From Balanoglossus misakiensis (taxonomy: Eukaryota; Animalia; Hemichordata), in NCBI GenBank assembly GCA_040954595.2, contig CM082591.2, positions 186,001 through 250,000 of the forward strand: 64,000 nt of DNA, read 5' to 3'. Under the pieces are notes generated by a model. That model saw nothing but the letters and a program-made list of their open reading frames with translations. It had not been told where the DNA came from and did no database searches. Made by a program: the position numbers and the translations under genes. The first letter of the stretch is position 1, and each line of letters starts with the position of its first letter. Below are positions 27,001 to 40,255 of this stretch, one piece after another.

Positions 27001-30000
27001 CCTGTTCTACTTTCACATAGCTTACACTAAATAGACGACCGCCAAAGGCATGGTCGTTTTGAAAACCTAGAGGCAGACCGTTTCACCATCTTTAATGTGG
27101 CAGACAACCCAAACGCCCCTGCCGTGTTAAACACACTCTTAGAATGTGAGGCGTGGGGCAAACATTCGGGCAACCACCAATGGCTCTCTCCATAAGTGTG
27201 CTCTCAGCAAAGCCTTCAAATTTTAATACACTTGCACTATTTACAGTGTTAGAATTTGAGAGCGCATTGTTTAGAGAGGGATGCCCTGGAGAGTGGCCCT
27301 AAATCAACAGTGCATGAAACCCGCTCTAACATCGAAACGGCCTGACTCAACAACGGGCCTTTTTGTCGCTTAATCTCCGCCACCTCATGAAAGTGGTCGT
27401 CCTTAAAGAAATGAATGAACCTCTTAGATATGTCTAGGACCTACCTTCACCGTTGGTCCGCACCAATAATAAACAAACCAGACAGACGTGGAAAGCTAAA
27501 CAAACAGTGCAGTTCATGGTGACTGGTATATTCTGTTAAGGAGAGTCCGCGTTGCCGAGCCAGAAGTGATTTCTGCGCTGTGAGATCTGAGTAACTCGTA
27601 TTTTCCATACAAACATCCTACGTGTCAACTTGGACGGTTTGACGGGCCTTACATTCTCCCAATCTGTTACCGAATGGTGTACCAGATTGTATTACAGTGG
27701 GCGGACTGACAGACTTCAAATTAAAGAACCAACGGCTGTCTGATCTGAATGTCACACTTTTCTGACCTCTCTTCACAAACGAAATCCAGTTCGGCAGCTG
27801 AAGGCTCGCCATCAAAAGCCTCGGCTGCGATTCCAATGTTCTCAACAGCGGGACATGGTCGCCTAATAGAAGGGGGTGGGCTATATCACAAAAGGCATAA
27901 CATGTAGTCAGACGCTCAGACAGTGACTAAATATAAACGGGACCACTGTTTGCACTACAGTTCTTCACATGGAGATTCCAAATGTTTTTTGACGTCTTGC
28001 CGGCTCTCCCCACAACAAGTGCAGTGGTTTGTTCACAAAAGGAAGCCTGACTGGCTCTATCTGTAGTAACACTCCTTAGGTCGCTTGTCACTAATTCCTG
28101 TGGTCCGCGGTGTCGGTGCGGTGCACTTCCACGACACAGTCAACAGGTCTTGCAATCAACCGTCTATTCTGTTCCCATCAAAGCACTTGGTCAATCAAAG
28201 ACAATTCATAAACTACCTATTTGTAATAAAAAGACTAGATTTGAGCCAACCCAAACAGCGGCACTCATCAAAGACCGACGGTCACATTGCTGGGTCTTTT
28301 CCAGCTTAAAAGTCAATAGAAAGTTTACCTAACGGTTGGCAGTGCTCGCTTCCCACTAACGTAGATAAAACATTCTTATTGAAAAGAATGGAACCAACAG
28401 AGTTCTAGTGGTTGCTAGGATTATTTCACTGTTTGAATCTCTCCCAATGTCTACTTTCAGGCGACACGCAACAAGTGAAGTAAAATCAGTTTGATATTCA
28501 TGTCCATGGCGCTGGGGAGCCCACTGGAGCTATTCTGCAAAAACCAGTCCCATTGGCGAGCCCGGTATTGCGATAGGAAATCAACGGCGCGTGACAAACC
28601 TTTGTGGTTTTACAAATACATACAAATTGGTGCTAACAATTTCTCCACCTACTAACAGAATAGATGAATTATATTGACAAAGCCAGTTACAGTCTGCCTA
28701 GTCGACTAATTGCTGTCTGACAATGGTATGTATTACACCGTGCAGCCACGGTCAACCAATGTAATATTCAAGCAGTGCGCTGAATTGCGCACCAGTCTAG
28801 CATGAGACAGGACTGTGACTGCATGTCTGTAACTCAGACTACGAAGTCTGATCCGCCACAAAACTCACTGGAACCCGAATAATGTCGGCCATAATTAACT
28901 CCTAGTCGTATACTATGGTAACATCAGTGGACGGACGTTGGCAGAGTTGGTTAATTGTATTTTTTTTCATCGTTACCAAAGTTGTGATTGTATTCCGCGA
29001 ACGATGTAATATATTTATGTTTCTTCAGTATTTGATTGAATTTCCATAACCCAAATCAGACAAAAAGTGAACTGTTTGAATTTGAGCAACTTTGCAACTT
29101 GAACTGACAAATATCCACAAAAGGAAATATTGCATACATATTGATGTCTACAGTGTCTATAGCCTCTATCGAATTTTCTTTGAGGCGACCACTTCCTCAG
29201 AATCAACGTTTGTATATGGCGGATTATACTGTATGTCTCAAAGTTCACTTACTTCCTCCATTGTTCTTCTGTTGACGATGTCAGTTTGAAATAGGCCATG
29301 CCACTTTTGCTTTACTCTGTTTATTTTCTTACCCGGATGACCTTTGACGCCCGCTAAGCATACCAACCTTTCGACGCGAAAACGCATCAATACTGAGAGA
29401 AACATCAGCGCTGTACCTTTTATTCCCAATCATTATTAAACGCTCTCAAGAGAAGTCGACAAGATCCGGGTCCCAATTCCCAATATATGTTTCAGTAAAG
29501 GCCATACAGCAGTTTACATGGTTTTCATTTGTCATGTGCCAAATTTAAGCTCTAAAGATATGCTCTTGTGTTACACAGCTTAACGTTGGATTATCTCTGC
29601 TATCCGCAACAAATGGAACGCACGAAAACAGAGGCTAAGGGTACACTGCAGTACTCCACGCTTATCAGTATTTAGATTGCGTGTATTAGCCAAGTACTTG
29701 AACTTGCGGTTAAAATTATCAAATTCTGGAGTGGTAACACACATCAGGCAGAAGTCAAGTACGATCACTAAACACATCACTGATGTATCCTCCACCGAGG
29801 CCAATCCTAGTTTGATCTGCGCGACTTTCATTGTTGACAGAATGAACACAAAATTTTGAGCGATTATACCTAATTTATGAAGTTCTATGGAGGCGGCCAA
29901 TATTATGGTTGCAACCAATTATTTACTTTTCTGTGTCTGAAATTCTTCCATAACCTATTTACAATTACAACAACATCTCATATTCTGACTCAGCATGTGA

Positions 30001-33000
30001 CCCAGAGTAAAACAGAGTCCGTTCGTCCACAAACACAGACAAAATCTTGTCGTTGGAGGCGCTCTCCACTGTAATGGTTTCTCCGTATTTTTTTCTCTCA
30101 TCTACATTGTACAATTTGCATTGGGTATGCGAACCATGCCTTCCATAACTAACCTTATCTTTTGACACGACTGTTTATAATAGAGTAAATTGCCATTAAA
30201 TTGTCTACTGAAACACACCATACACTTCACAACGACAGCGCTCTATATGACCAAAACGGATGCCGAATGACACAAGATCTCACTGGTTGCAACAATGACG
30301 TCACGTGTTCTGAACTAATTGGAAATCGTAACATGAAGTGTCCATACCAATTGGCAGAGAATGACGTGGCCGGGTTAAAAAATAAACGCAATGGGGTTTA
30401 AATACAACGATGTGTCTGTTATTTATACGGAGGTTAAATTGATAGACAGCTTGGAGAGATAATAAACAAATTAAAGAGCGGATTTGTCCGCCACCGCTTT
30501 CATTGTTAGCGCTGTCACGTGATTAACTTCATGTGGTTAGTTACCTGGCTGACTGTAAAGATTTCTAAACAAACACCAAACATCATAGATCAAAATGCCG
30601 CAATCACCAATTTTAGCTCGACTTTCCCTTGAGATCTGTCCCTTCTAGTAGATAGACTATTATAAATCGCACATTTTCCGATTCGACGATGGCCACATTC
30701 ACCGTTATTGGACAATTTCGTCTTATCATTCACAACTTTCAGGAAGAAGAACCTGAGCGAGCATTGACGGGTATGTATCAGTGAAGTTTTAAACCAAGTA
30801 AACAGTGTTCAGAAGCAGTACTGAAAGCGACCAGGATCATTGGAATGATTAAAAGAAGTTTTACCCTTCGAACCAAGGACGTCATAGTACGCCTTTACAA
30901 ACAATTTGTCAGACCCCATTTGGAATATGCGTCCCAAGCCTGGGCTCCATGGCTCAAAAAAGATATTGCTGCCCTGGAAAAAGTTCAGCGTCGCGTTACT
31001 AAGCTAGTAACAGAGTGCCGTGGAAAAAGTTACCCTGAGAGAATGCATATATTAGGGCTTACAACCCTTGAAACCCGCCGTGTAAGAGGTGATATGATAG
31101 AGGTTTTTAAAATTTTGAACAACGTAGATCGCTGCTCAGTTACCTTGATGAGAAGTTTGTGCTCAACAACTAGAGGTCATGACTACAAGCTCCAAAAGCT
31201 GCCATCCAGACTAGACATTCGCAAATATTCATTTCCTGTTCGTGTTGTGAACGAGTGGAACGCTTTACCGGACTTTGTGATTATGTCAAAGGATACAAAC
31301 AATTTCAAGAACAATATTGACATTTATTTTCAAGCAACTGATAGGATTTGAGGGACCTTATTATCTTAGATATTTGTCCCTTATGAACTGAACTGAACTG
31401 AACTGAACTGAATCAGTGAATTGCCGTGGAGGGGGGGGGGAATTGGGAGCAGCGAAAGAGAAAATTGTAGCCATGCAATGGATGAAAAGGCTGGTGTGAT
31501 TGAAAGGAAGAAAATCTTGTGGCAGGCGAGGGATAGTGATGCGTTTCAATAAAGAAACATTTGAAATTGTGTGGTGCTGGTTTCGTTTCCGTTGCATGTG
31601 TATATACGTCAACACTTTTAAAACCAGTTTGCTAAAATTATTTTAAAAAATACGCTTACCTGTGTCTGGTATAAGTGTTATATTGGCCTTACATAACCCA
31701 GATCCTGTACGGTAATTTCCCGATGGTACACGATTAAAACCAGCATATATATCATAGTCCATTTCCCCAAATACAGGAACTTGTCCTTTTAAAGTATACA
31801 GGAATTGGCTGTTAATAAAACCTTTGATAGAGTTGTGATTGTTCCAACCAATTCTTTCATCACTGACTTCCAAAACCAGTCTGCTGCCGTCGTCAACTAG
31901 ATCATCCACAATTTTCATTAGCAAACCACCGTTAATTGTCGCTCCCATGTATCCTGGCAGACCGTTACTATAGATACGCATTTGTCGGTTGAAAATTTGA
32001 GTCTCCGCCATATTGCTTGTGTGACCTTCATCGCCTCCAAAACCGTCTCCGCTGACAGAGTCCGAAATATCAAGTGTCCACAGCCTCGGTGGTTCTTCAT
32101 AGTCCAAGATAAATTTGGCGGTCTTAAAAGGTCCTGAGAAATCTATTTTAATAACAGCTTGACTGTCACATTTTGAGTTCCCGTCTGTCTGAGGTGGTAC
32201 AATGATGTCGATGTATGGACTGTTGCCATTGACTGTGCCCTGTAGAAGATCGATCATAATAGACTCGCCAGAACCAACCGCACCATTGCCAAGGCCACAA
32301 ACTGAAAAATGAATTATCATAGGTTACTTACAAATCATCCTTTCGGTAAGACATCATTACGTACAGTCAAATAATATTACCATTTTAAAGGTAGAGCGCC
32401 ACCTAGAGAGCTTTCTCTTCTCCTGTGATTATATAACTAATAAGTTGAGTAAGAAACCCGAAAAATAAAAACAATTACAGGTAGACTAGGTTTCTGATTG
32501 AATAAACTTGTTGAAAACTCACTTCAATGGGCCTAAGTTGCACAAAATGTACGCTCGTTCCATATAGCAGTACAACGCTATTATTGCAAACAAGATTTTA
32601 ATGATGGGCAGTATTATTTTTACATCATTGACAATTGTGTAATTGTTAAAACAATGGTAACATTGAATCTTTTATCGGTAAGGTCACGGTGTTGGACAGA
32701 AATCGCGAGGCGTGTAGGTTTGACGTCGACTATGCATAATTATCCCTTCAATGGAAAACTTAGTGAGTGGTTTTATCTGTGTTTATGCTTACACTTCACA
32801 CTAATTCAAAAGGTATTCAACAAACGCATTTCAAAACAAACACTGTTTTCTTAAAGCTTAAAGGAGTGTGTTAGCGATTTCGCCGTTAATCCCCACCCCA
32901 GGCGCCCATCCGTAAACCAAACCACAAAGACAGCAGTAACAGAAATAACACAGCAGACAAGTCTAATGTGCAGTAATTTGGCTAGTACTTCAGTAAGATA

Positions 33001-36000
33001 ACAGTTGCACTTGTTTTAGAAATCCATTCCATGGGTGAAGTAAGGGATATCCAGCGGGCATTTATCGGCGGCATTTTCAGAAGATGTTTACAGCTTTGGT
33101 GATAAATACTAAAATGGTGAACGCATTGTAATATGAAATGGTATTTGTGGGTGACCATCACTTCTACTGATATTTTGAAATCTAAGTGTTTAGCGTGACA
33201 TCGTCGGGAACTTGTCCACCATCAAACAAAGTGTGATCACAAATGGAGAGACCCGCCTCTCGATTGATTACAACAGATCCAACCATGCATGCAAGAGTCT
33301 ATCTCTACGTTTGATTTCATCAGAACGGATCAAATAGTCTGGTGTAAACTTTTAAGTTGTTTTTCGTGAACATGCTTACAAAATGTAGTCTTTTTTCAAG
33401 CAACTACTTTCTATTCGTAATAAATTTCTAAAGCCATCGGACGGCGACTCAAAGGTCATAGAATGTCGCCCTGAGTAACACATCAGACCTTAGGGGGCGG
33501 CTCTCTGTGAAGGTGAAAAGAATTGTTGATATCACTGGATTTCTATTACAGGGTACATGCCACTTGATCGCCACAAGACAATTCCGGGAGGGTTTCTTCT
33601 TGAAAATATGCAAAGAGATAGTTTGTTGTTTTTTCCAATTAAAAGAGCGAGTTACAGTTAGTTATTTTTCAGATTGCGTCAAAACGCCTTAGGATGTGTG
33701 ATCACAAGATTGCGCTTCGGACATCCTTGCACACGTGTTCACTTCAAGTCAATGAGAAAGATTTTCAGAAAAAAATTTACATGTCTTTCTCTTTTTCAGT
33801 AAGTTCATATATCATATTTCACAGGTGATGGGACAATAGTAATAGAGAACAAAACATTGTTTGATGATAGTTTTGTGCGAAATAAAGTAAATGAGGTTTA
33901 TGACACTCGTTTTTAGACAAGTTCCAGCCAAAGTCAATGAACTACGTTCTGTGTGTTTGTTTGTTATTTATATGTCTTTCGGTTAATCTCGGACCCAGCT
34001 TCCCGACCAAAAAAAGATCGACCTTTGAAAATCTGACTGGCAGACTTTTCGCTGCCGTCAGACACTAAATTTTGACTTCTTTGTTTTACGTTGTTGTACG
34101 TGTGTGCATTATCCACGACTGGTACAGTTGCATTTTCAATTTCCCCGGAATCACAGATTCTATAACGTTAAACCAATTACACTTCAAAAGTTCCAATCCA
34201 TTGTGCAGAAGGTCGTTCACTTAATTTCTGCTACGTCGACCGGTCAATAGATAAAAGCATGACCGAGTCTTTAACCAGCAGGTCACCGCAAACTTTCACT
34301 CATTACATTTTATCTTTGACCCAATGCACTCTCCCTTCACCCCGATACCAGCGTGCAAAAAGCAAACAAAACTGTTAGACTAGGTCTCTTTTTTGACAGA
34401 CGGCGGTTTTTTGGCGACCCTTTCAATCTGTCAACGTAGGCACTTTCCGACCAAGATCGGTCAACTGAAGTAACACTTGTACTCAAAGCGATACTCAAAA
34501 AACACATGCCAATTCTCGCGGGAAAACGTTCCGAAGGATGTGTTAACATTACAGCCTAGCTGTATTAACGCGACCATCATCACTGCACCACTTGTGTGCC
34601 GATTCCCTGACAAATTTTTTCGATGATCGTCAAATAAACAGTCGTAAGACGGTCTATTCGATGTTGTAAATGCATTCCTCATACTTTGACCCTCGCTTGT
34701 CTGTGTGTGTTTAGAGTTTTGCCGCCTCTATTCACAGAGATGCGACATGTGGCGAACAGAGCATACTGGTCACTCGTGAAAAGCCAACAGCCCCGGACAA
34801 CTCACTTCAACACATGTTCTTCGCCAAAGATTGCCACTCGGCAAGTTTGTTTGATGAACTTAGCTTAATAAGTACGAAGCCTTATTGCATGGCAAGCATG
34901 CATGTATCAGCTCCCAGGAAAGCAACGGCTATTTCAGTTATTTAAGAATATAGTTCGACGCCATGTCACTCAAATACACACAATTGATTATTCTTGCATG
35001 TATGATGAATCTGGCCACTGCATTCACGCATTTCTTTCGACTGAAGGCGAGGTCAGACCCATAATTTAATGAACACATTTGCTGGTATAGTGCTCAGGCC
35101 GATGTATCATGTTTTTTTTCTAAAGACAGGGTTAGTTCATTTTCAGAAGTATTGTTCCCTCTTTGATTTCCTTTTTTATGAGGTCGACGTCTAAACGAGA
35201 AAGTCGACAAAGGAAGTGTAAGCGATATCGTACTCTAGCAGTCGGCCGAAAGTTCGCTCTGGTTATGCTCATTGCCTGCAAGGACTTCGGGGAATTTCCG
35301 GGCGGTGTCAAATCGAGTGGGGGAAAAACTTGTCTCGTGTTTGTACATTTCCAACGTTTACTTTCAGTCCGATTTTCCAGTACAAAGAGATCATCTTCAG
35401 TTCAAAAGGCGACAAACGGCACCACGCTAAGAGCGCCAGGGATTGTACTTAGCCGTTTCGCTATTCTTGGTTTTATCATTCTAACGATCACCAACGTAAC
35501 CGTACGTGAGAACAAAGGCCACTTTTTTCACTTTCGCCAAGAAAGTCCATTGTTTGTTGAATGACAACAATTAGCGGGGAAGGCTTAATTCCCAGCACAA
35601 ACATCGTTAAAATCCTTAGAAACACAGATTAGTGGGAACGGCATCACATTTTTCGGACATCAGTGACGGAAATGCCGAGAATTTTTCAATGGAGCATAAA
35701 AAAGTCAAACGAGGCGGAGAAAAGGGGATTAAAATGGTGCCAAGTTTGAGAAGCGTTTCCCCACAACTGAATCTAGACATCAGCGATAAAAGAATATCAA
35801 GTGTGTTAATGATGCTTGCTGTACATAAACACTTAAAACGGTGTATTTGTTTAAAATTCACTTCACGGAGCGAGTGTTTGTGCTAGTGGGACTCTACATG
35901 TGCGTTATGACACCAGCGACAAGTTATACACAAGTAAACATGGTACACATAACAGATAACAGCACAAACAAAGGCGATACAGACATAGAGTTACTTACTT

Positions 36001-36041
36001 GTTAATAGAATCAGCAACACCACAACACGACAGTTTTCCAT
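9097..36041 (-). CDS. SCUBE: Signal peptide, CUB and EGF-like domain protein (SCUBE), about 1179 aa, 22 exons, with an extra N-terminal domain
   Basis: Exons on the minus strand: 36041-35999 (signal), 32301-31660 (extra domain). Nine EGF exons: 20727-20605, 19541-19419, 19284-19162, 18183-18058, 17873-17757, 17259-17143, 16958-16836, 16549-16433, 16039-15917. Spacer: 15632-15423, 15232-15113, 14920-14768 ([10 protein letters not shown] basic site), 14543-14340. Cys-rich repeats: 11623-11465, 11205-11038, 10764-10603. CUB: 10394-10191, 9990-9838. Tail: 9534-9455, 9246-9097. The end [20 protein letters not shown] is nearly identical to the vertebrate SCUBE C-terminus. All junctions are GT-AG and in frame (3540 nt). 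Confidence 0.93.
12693..12806. repeat. 57-bp direct tandem duplication
   Basis: aaattcat(t/c)ttcactccttt...aaagtttcacacacgat occurs twice. Confidence 0.85.
13387..13464. mobile_element. 78-bp hairpin (foldback) non-autonomous DNA element, copy 1
   Basis: 35-bp inverted arms TAGTCTAGAAT...ATTCTAGACTA around an 8-nt loop. TSD GTTCTCTC at 13379-13386 and 13465-13472. The empty site is visible in the sister repeat near 13020. Confidence 0.9.
13539..13616. mobile_element. 78-bp hairpin element, copy 2 (opposite orientation)
   Basis: Same arms with the loop reversed (GTAGTAGG versus CCTACTAC). TSD AGCCATGAT at 13530-13538 and 13617-13625. Empty sites are present in the other two repeat copies. 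Confidence 0.9.
18238..19013. mobile_element. MITE with ~110-120 bp terminal inverted repeats and a 9-bp TSD (Mutator- or Merlin-like)
   Basis: TIR GGCTAGTTATACTTTGCGAAACAACGAAACAGCG...TTTCCAAAT is mirrored at about 18905-19013. Flanking duplication GCTTACGGC at 18229-18237 and 19014-19022. A second internal inverted repeat lies at 18362-18387 / 18775-18800. Confidence 0.88.
30786..31411 (+). mobile_element. 5'-truncated non-LTR retrotransposon (CR1/L2-group LINE), C-terminal ORF2 fragment
   Basis: ORF 30845-31351 contains [20 protein letters not shown]...LEKVQRR...[11 protein letters not shown]...TRGH...[13 protein letters not shown], typical of the CR1-group ORF2 tail. Short 3' UTR with an AGGGAC/GTCCCT stem, an (AACTG)n tail, and TSD ATCAGTGAA (30777-30785, 31412-31420). 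Antisense within SCUBE intron 2. Confidence 0.92.
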
Positions 36042-38006
36042 TATAAATGCTGGACAGATTGGTCGACTCTGTATGGCACCGTCACACTGAAGAGACTACT
36101 AGTAAAGGCGCTACTCCAGCCGTTCTCCTGGTCGAGACCTGCGCCTGCTCGGTCCTGTTTATTTACAAAAGACACGATTGTATAGCATTGAATATTTATC
36201 GCCTTGCTATCTCCACTGCCACGGGATTAAAGCTTGGTCCCTCTGTCTCTAAAACTATAGTTTTTTTTTCAGTGAGTGTTCTTGTTTCGTTTGTCTGGTA
36301 ACCAAACCGCCATTATAGACCACTTCAGGGTGTTTTGTCAGCAGTTACAGAACACATCTGTCATTAACTCGAGTCGCCGACAGTGCAAAAGCGGTGATAC
36401 CGGATGGTAATACAAACCGCTTAGTTGCCTTATCTATATTCCAATCTTTTCATTGCAAAATGTGTTACTAGTAATTGTTGAACATACCGTATATTCCAGA
36501 TTTGAATGGGTACGGATGATTTGGTACTCCTTTCTAATATGGTTTTGTCGCTGTCACGGTCTTCTCTGAAAGTAAATTTGAAAATTGCAGTTTTAAGTAG
36601 TTTGGATTTTTATACAGAGGACTAAGATAGTAATTGATACGACCAGTGGCTGGCACGGCTACGCTTAAATGGTTTACCTATATAAAATTGGTCTACAACC
36701 CTTACTTTGTCATGATTTTATGTCTAGATTTATTACTCTAGATTCCAGCCTGGCTAGAATATTTCTTTTACAAAATAATGATGTCGCCTTTCAAATCGTT
36801 CCTTAATTTTGGAGCGAGCCAACAAGGCGTCCCATGCTCCAAGGTATAACTACATTCCCAGGCAGCGGTCGAAATTAAACCTCTTTCTCAGGAATCGTCA
36901 CGCCGTGGGTCAAAGTTCAAAATTCAATATATTGCTACTGTTGATGTGGGGTCATTCCCAAACGCTTTGAGGCGAGCCTAATTTACGATTTACCCCAATT
37001 TTCTGCTTCTCTCACTCGATTGTTTATTACGTTCTAACATCTTGTTTATTTAAAGTTGAGGCTTGCTGGAAGACAGACCGCTGAAAGCATTCCAGTGGAT
37101 TGTTTAATGACCCCAGCTGCAATAATTCTCTCTACTCGACAACATAGTTACTTCAAGCCATTTGATATCCTTCTCCATCTTCTAGCTGTTTCAGTAACGT
37201 TTATTTATTTTCTGAATTTGATATTTTGATTGCTGACTAATTGAGACGCTTTTGAGTCGAATTTAAACAAATACTTTTAAGTTAACTGTTCAGAGTTTGA
37301 CAGCTGTATGCATGTCCACTGTTATTCATGTTTACAACAAAACGTGACAACAATGTAGTCATTCTCTTATATCTTAATCCTTGAATCACTAGTATTATTC
37401 TTCACAGTTACTTAAGATTATTTTAACTTTATAAAAAAGTTCCAACTGTAAACATACAATCCAATGTGGACTTCTATAGCAATAGAGCACACCCGAACAC
37501 TCAAAGCGACGATCGCCAAAGCTTATAACTTGTGTCTCACGTCCGGCAGACCAATGAAGAAGATGGATCTGGGTTAGGGATAGTTTGTTATCAGTTTCGC
37601 CGTTGGTGGCGCTATGCATGTACCTAGCAGTAATTTGAAATGGATTGGACAAACATCTTGTATTGCTTTGAACACTGGAATAAACATGGAGACAATGATG
37701 TCGCATTATGGCAGTAAGTTTAATCAGTAACAATTAAATGTTAAGAAAATGCGATTAATTTTTAGAGAAAAAAATATACAACTGAAATATATTGCCACAT
37801 TATTACTCATAACGCTTATATACATATGTATGTGAATTCAAAATTCCTTGTCATCGAAATATTATTTATATGATGTTACGGTAGAAATAACCCAGGAGCA
37901 AACAATGGAGTTCTTTTTACAACCACAAAAATATTTAATCAAAACCATTAACTTCTGGTGAAAAAAATCTTACAATAAAAATAATTCAATAGTTTTTTAC
38001 CCTGCT

Positions 38007-38140
38007 TGGTCGAGAGGACACTCGTACAGCGTCCATGACAGTCCTGGTCGAGAGGAAATTCGTACAGAGTCCATGACAGTCCTGGTCGAGAGGAAATTCG
38101 TACAGCGTCCATGACAGTCCTGGTCGAGAGGACATTTCTA
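38007..38140. repeat. 38-bp minisatellite, about 3.5 copies
   Basis: Unit tggtcgagagga(c/a)a(c/t)tcgtacagcgtccatgacagtcc starts at 38007, 38045, 38083 and 38121. Confidence 0.9.
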
Positions 38141-39189
38141 CAATGTCCGCGTGTCCTCAGTCTCGACTCATAGTCCACCAGACAACGCAGAGAATCTTGC
38201 AGGGCCAGTCAGTCAGACCTCAAAGTCCCAAGGCGTAGCACAACAGTCATGTCAGTTCAAAATGACATGCTCTCTCACCAATGCAGTAACTAGAAGTGTT
38301 CCACGTGGATTTTGAGAGCACGCATTTATACCAGTAACCACCTGGCCAAATAATATTATAATGACCTAATTGAAATGCAAGGCCTTTTGTCATGCAAAAG
38401 GTAATAACTACTCTCGACCAAGCAACCAAGCGTACACAACTAAAAACGGCGTGTCGTAACAATAACACATATAAGGATCTTTCCATTAAAAAAAGGAATG
38501 ACGATTTAAAAATCTCATACACGTTACTTCATATTTTCTAATGTTGGCATCATCGTAGTCGATTTTTTTTCTATTCTACTATTCTAGACTGAGTTTCTTC
38601 ATTGCGAATGCAACATTCCACAGTTGAAGTAATCTTTACAGCGAAGTCAAACGTTGATACCAATAACGAATGCATTGTTTAATGCATCGATAGCCTAGTA
38701 TCTGGCCTAGATACTAAACTATGATTTAGATATAGAGTATGTGAAGATGTGGAGCTATGTCATACTTGTATTTAAGATTTCATGTTCCCTGCAAACAAAA
38801 CACGAGATGGTGGAAACATTTCCATCACCTTTGTGTTACAGTTGGATATTGCTCAAATTTTGTATCTCACATTATTGGCTTCCAATCTTGTCTAAAACTG
38901 TTCTTATACACCCAAAGCGAATCTCGCGAACGCGCAAGGTTTCATGGGAAATCCGGAAGTGCCACTTTCAGAGCATTTTCTTCCAAGGTTTACGTGTAGC
39001 AAACTTGAGAAGAAAAGGCCACACGAATCTGCAGCTGTCTGTTTTCTGATTGTAGTCACTGATAACTATGCATCTCTCCGTGTAATAATGAGTGTGAAGC
39101 AGCGGTCTTTAGCTTGAAGCAGGGAGGTGGATTAGTGGTTGTGTGTTATCGCTGCCCGCACGTGGGTTTTCCATGAAGGGAGTTTATGC

Positions 39190-40214
39190 CTAATGAAGAA
39201 GACGGAACACGCTGGCAAATTCACTGCGAGATATGAAGTCGTCATCTGAAAGAGATAATGTATTATTTAAAACTTTGATATACATGATGGTGGTTTGATA
39301 TTACCAATCAAGCTGTCTCTATAGAGTAATTTTAAAGGGCGATTTCACAATAAGAGAGTCAAAATAATTAAAATTCGCGATGATTTATAATGTTGTTTTA
39401 TGGAGCGCCGGAATGGTCAACCACTTGGTCGGCGGAAAGAACAAGACTCTCATCGTCTAGACGACTTAAAATGAAAATATTTCATCTTTAATATTACTAG
39501 TTCTAATTTCTAAAATTGCTTTTCTTGCAGTGAGGCACCACTGTCTCAATCTCACAAACGACTATTAAACAAACATAATTAGACATTTTCCCTCACACAA
39601 CCAACATCGATGTTCCTTTTGAATGGGCTACTATACACTTTAACATCATTATGCTCAGCTGAATTGGTCATGAATCATCTGTTAATTTTGTTTTCGAGTG
39701 CGACAGTTCTTTATCGTAAAAGTCGTAAAGTAGGAATAACACAAATTGATTTTTATGTTTGCCAAAGTCTTCGCGCACCTGCAGGATTTTCTCCATGTTC
39801 TAAATTCTTTCTCCGCCAAACAGCTATAACCTATTTTTGAACATAACTTCCTCAACCGTTCTAGTCTAATATACCAATGCGTAGAATGAAATTAGGTGAG
39901 TATTTACACCTTGATTTCTTATACTCATTGATGTCGAGATCCAAAACACCGAGACGTGTCATTGAATAATGAAAAAAAAACAGCGCCAAGCGTTGATATC
40001 GCATTAACCCGCCACACAAGCCGGCATCTCAATTACAAGACAAACGATCGTCGGCGCTTCGTGGTTAAATAACTTTCATTCGAATTTAAGAATAAAGTTC
40101 ATCTTCATTCAAAACGGCAGGTTATTGAATGTCACTTACAGGGACAGAAAGAGACAGACAGGCTAACAGACCGATTGGCGAAACAAAAAGAGTTACAGAT
40201 TATCTGTATGTCCG

Positions 40215-40255
<41 letters not shown>

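Noticed and set aside
31643-32320. Treating the 225-aa ORF as a stand-alone single-exon gene
   Set aside because: It is bounded by a good acceptor (32302) and donor (31659), in phase with the SCUBE signal exon and the EGF1 exon
38007-38140. Regular 38-bp repeats superficially resembling a CRISPR array
   Set aside because: Head-to-tail units with no unique spacers, eukaryotic context and no cas genes; it is a minisatellite
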